IMG/VR virus record: IMGVR_UViG_3300047545_000594 | Location: 1-24,109 of that record | Length of the DNA: 24,109 nucleotides | Direction: 5' to 3' (one strand) | Source: a virus | Lineage: Duplodnaviria > Caudoviricetes | Shown: one piece after another, positions 23,288 through 24,109 of the stretch | How positions within the stretch are numbered: position 1 is the first letter of the stretch | Layout: every line of letters begins with the position of its first letter | Translations under genes and position numbers: made by a program | The notes under the pieces: generated by a model | Seen by the model: the letters and a program-made list of their open reading frames with translations, nothing else | Told to the model about the DNA's origin: nothing | Databases searched by the model: none

Positions 23288-23743
23288 ATGACACAAAATA
23301 CATTAACACCAGCAAAGTTCGATTACGATATCGACACAATGTTCAACTTTACAGATATGAGTAACAAGTTATTCTGTACTTTCTCCTCAGAAGATCAACT
23401 AGAAGAGGTACTAAGTACTATACAAGGAAAATATAAAATAATCTATAATAAAATATTTGTTTTATATTCCAAAAGCCAAGACGAGTACATATGTACATAT
23501 AACGTTGACTTCGGTAATATTTCTAATTTTATCGATAATACAATCCTAGTTCATAGAAAAAAGGAATCAAACACCCTATATACAATCAATTCATTGAATA
23601 GATTAATCGAATCATTGAATGGAGGAGTACTTGATATCAGTTTCAAAGTAAATTGGAACGATTATCAAAACTGTATTTTGTTAACTAAAGGAGCAGAGCT
23701 TAAAAGAGTTAACACAAAATTGCATAGAATTATAGAATTATAG
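23288..23743 (+). CDS. Conserved-looking hypothetical protein (start uncertain; possibly 23357 MSNKLFCTF)
   Basis: KLFCTF...TYNVD...NTILVHRKKESNTLYTINSLN.LI...W..Y.N.ILLT; lies between the PolA-like and SSB genes. Confidence 0.7.
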   Translation: MTQNTLTPAKFDYDIDTMFNFTDMSNKLFCTFSSEDQLEEVLSTIQGKYKIIYNKIFVLYSKSQDEYICTYNVDFGNISNFIDNTILVHRKKESNTLYTINSLNRLIESLNGGVLDISFKVNWNDYQNCILLTKGAELKRVNTKLHRIIEL

Positions 23744-23772
23744 TTGCATATTAGCATTCTATTTCCTATATT
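23744..23772 (+). promoter_or_regulatory. Host-RNAP-type promoter TTG-N20-TATATT
   Basis: TTG 23744-23746 and TATATT 23767-23772; ATG at 23810. Confidence 0.6.
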
Positions 23773-23809
23773 ACACAAATAAGAGTTTTAATTTAAAATT
23801 AGTTACATT

Positions 23810-24109
23810 ATGGATTTAAACGCAATTAAATCAAAATTAGCTGCTCTAAACAGCAGCGGAAACCAAGACAAAGAGAAAGTCGACTTTGACAAAATCTATT
23901 GGAGACCAGCTACCGGAAAATCAACAATCCGAATCGTACCTTCAGCTTTCAATGCTGCAGATCCTTTCACAGAGATCAAACTACACTACAACATAGGTAA
24001 ATTCCCTATGGTATCTCTTTCTAACTACGGAAAGCAAGATCCAATTGAAGAGTTTGTAAAAGAGTTGAGAAAGACATCTGACAAAGACAACTGGTCATTA
24101 TCAGGTAAA
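23810..24109 (+). CDS. Single-stranded DNA-binding protein, T4 gp32-like (3' truncated; not in the ORF track)
   Basis: MDLNAIKSKLAALNSSGNQDKEKVDFDKIYWRPATGKSTIRIVPSAFNAADPFTEIKLHYNIGK...GKQDPIEE: W.P..G...IR..P and PF...HY pattern of gp32-like SSBs; open to the window end. Confidence 0.75.
   Translation, partial: MDLNAIKSKLAALNSSGNQDKEKVDFDKIYWRPATGKSTIRIVPSAFNAADPFTEIKLHYNIGKFPMVSLSNYGKQDPIEEFVKELRKTSDKDNWSLSGK

Overview
The window is part of a lytic, contractile-tailed (myovirus-type, distantly T4-like) dsDNA phage genome. All genes lie on the + strand, the DNA is AT-rich and Shine-Dalgarno sites are essentially absent, which fits a Bacteroidota-type host (inference). Gene order: a 5'-truncated tail fibre (proline-free collagen segment, three repeated RxPIFYDS junction motifs, C-terminal peptidase-S74 chaperone); four small fibre-associated genes; a five-gene modification cassette (three DxD glycosyltransferase-like proteins, a 2OG-Fe(II) oxygenase, and a beta-propeller/TPR/FkbM-methyltransferase fusion); tail sheath; tail tube; a small membrane-protein insertion; a tail assembly chaperone with a hidden +1/-2 frameshift extension at a T7 run; tape measure; baseplate genes (LysM-like protein, hub with lambda-type lysozyme); a thumbless, motif-altered family A polymerase; a conserved hypothetical; and a 3'-truncated gp32-like SSB. 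Two promoter classes are visible: TTG-N20-TATATT (5 copies) and TATTTATA (before structural genes). The best candidates for undescribed biology are the putative virion glycosylation/methylation cassette, the start-less frameshift ORF at 13612-13875 and the minimal atypical PolA. Family assignments rest on recalled motifs; no searches were run.
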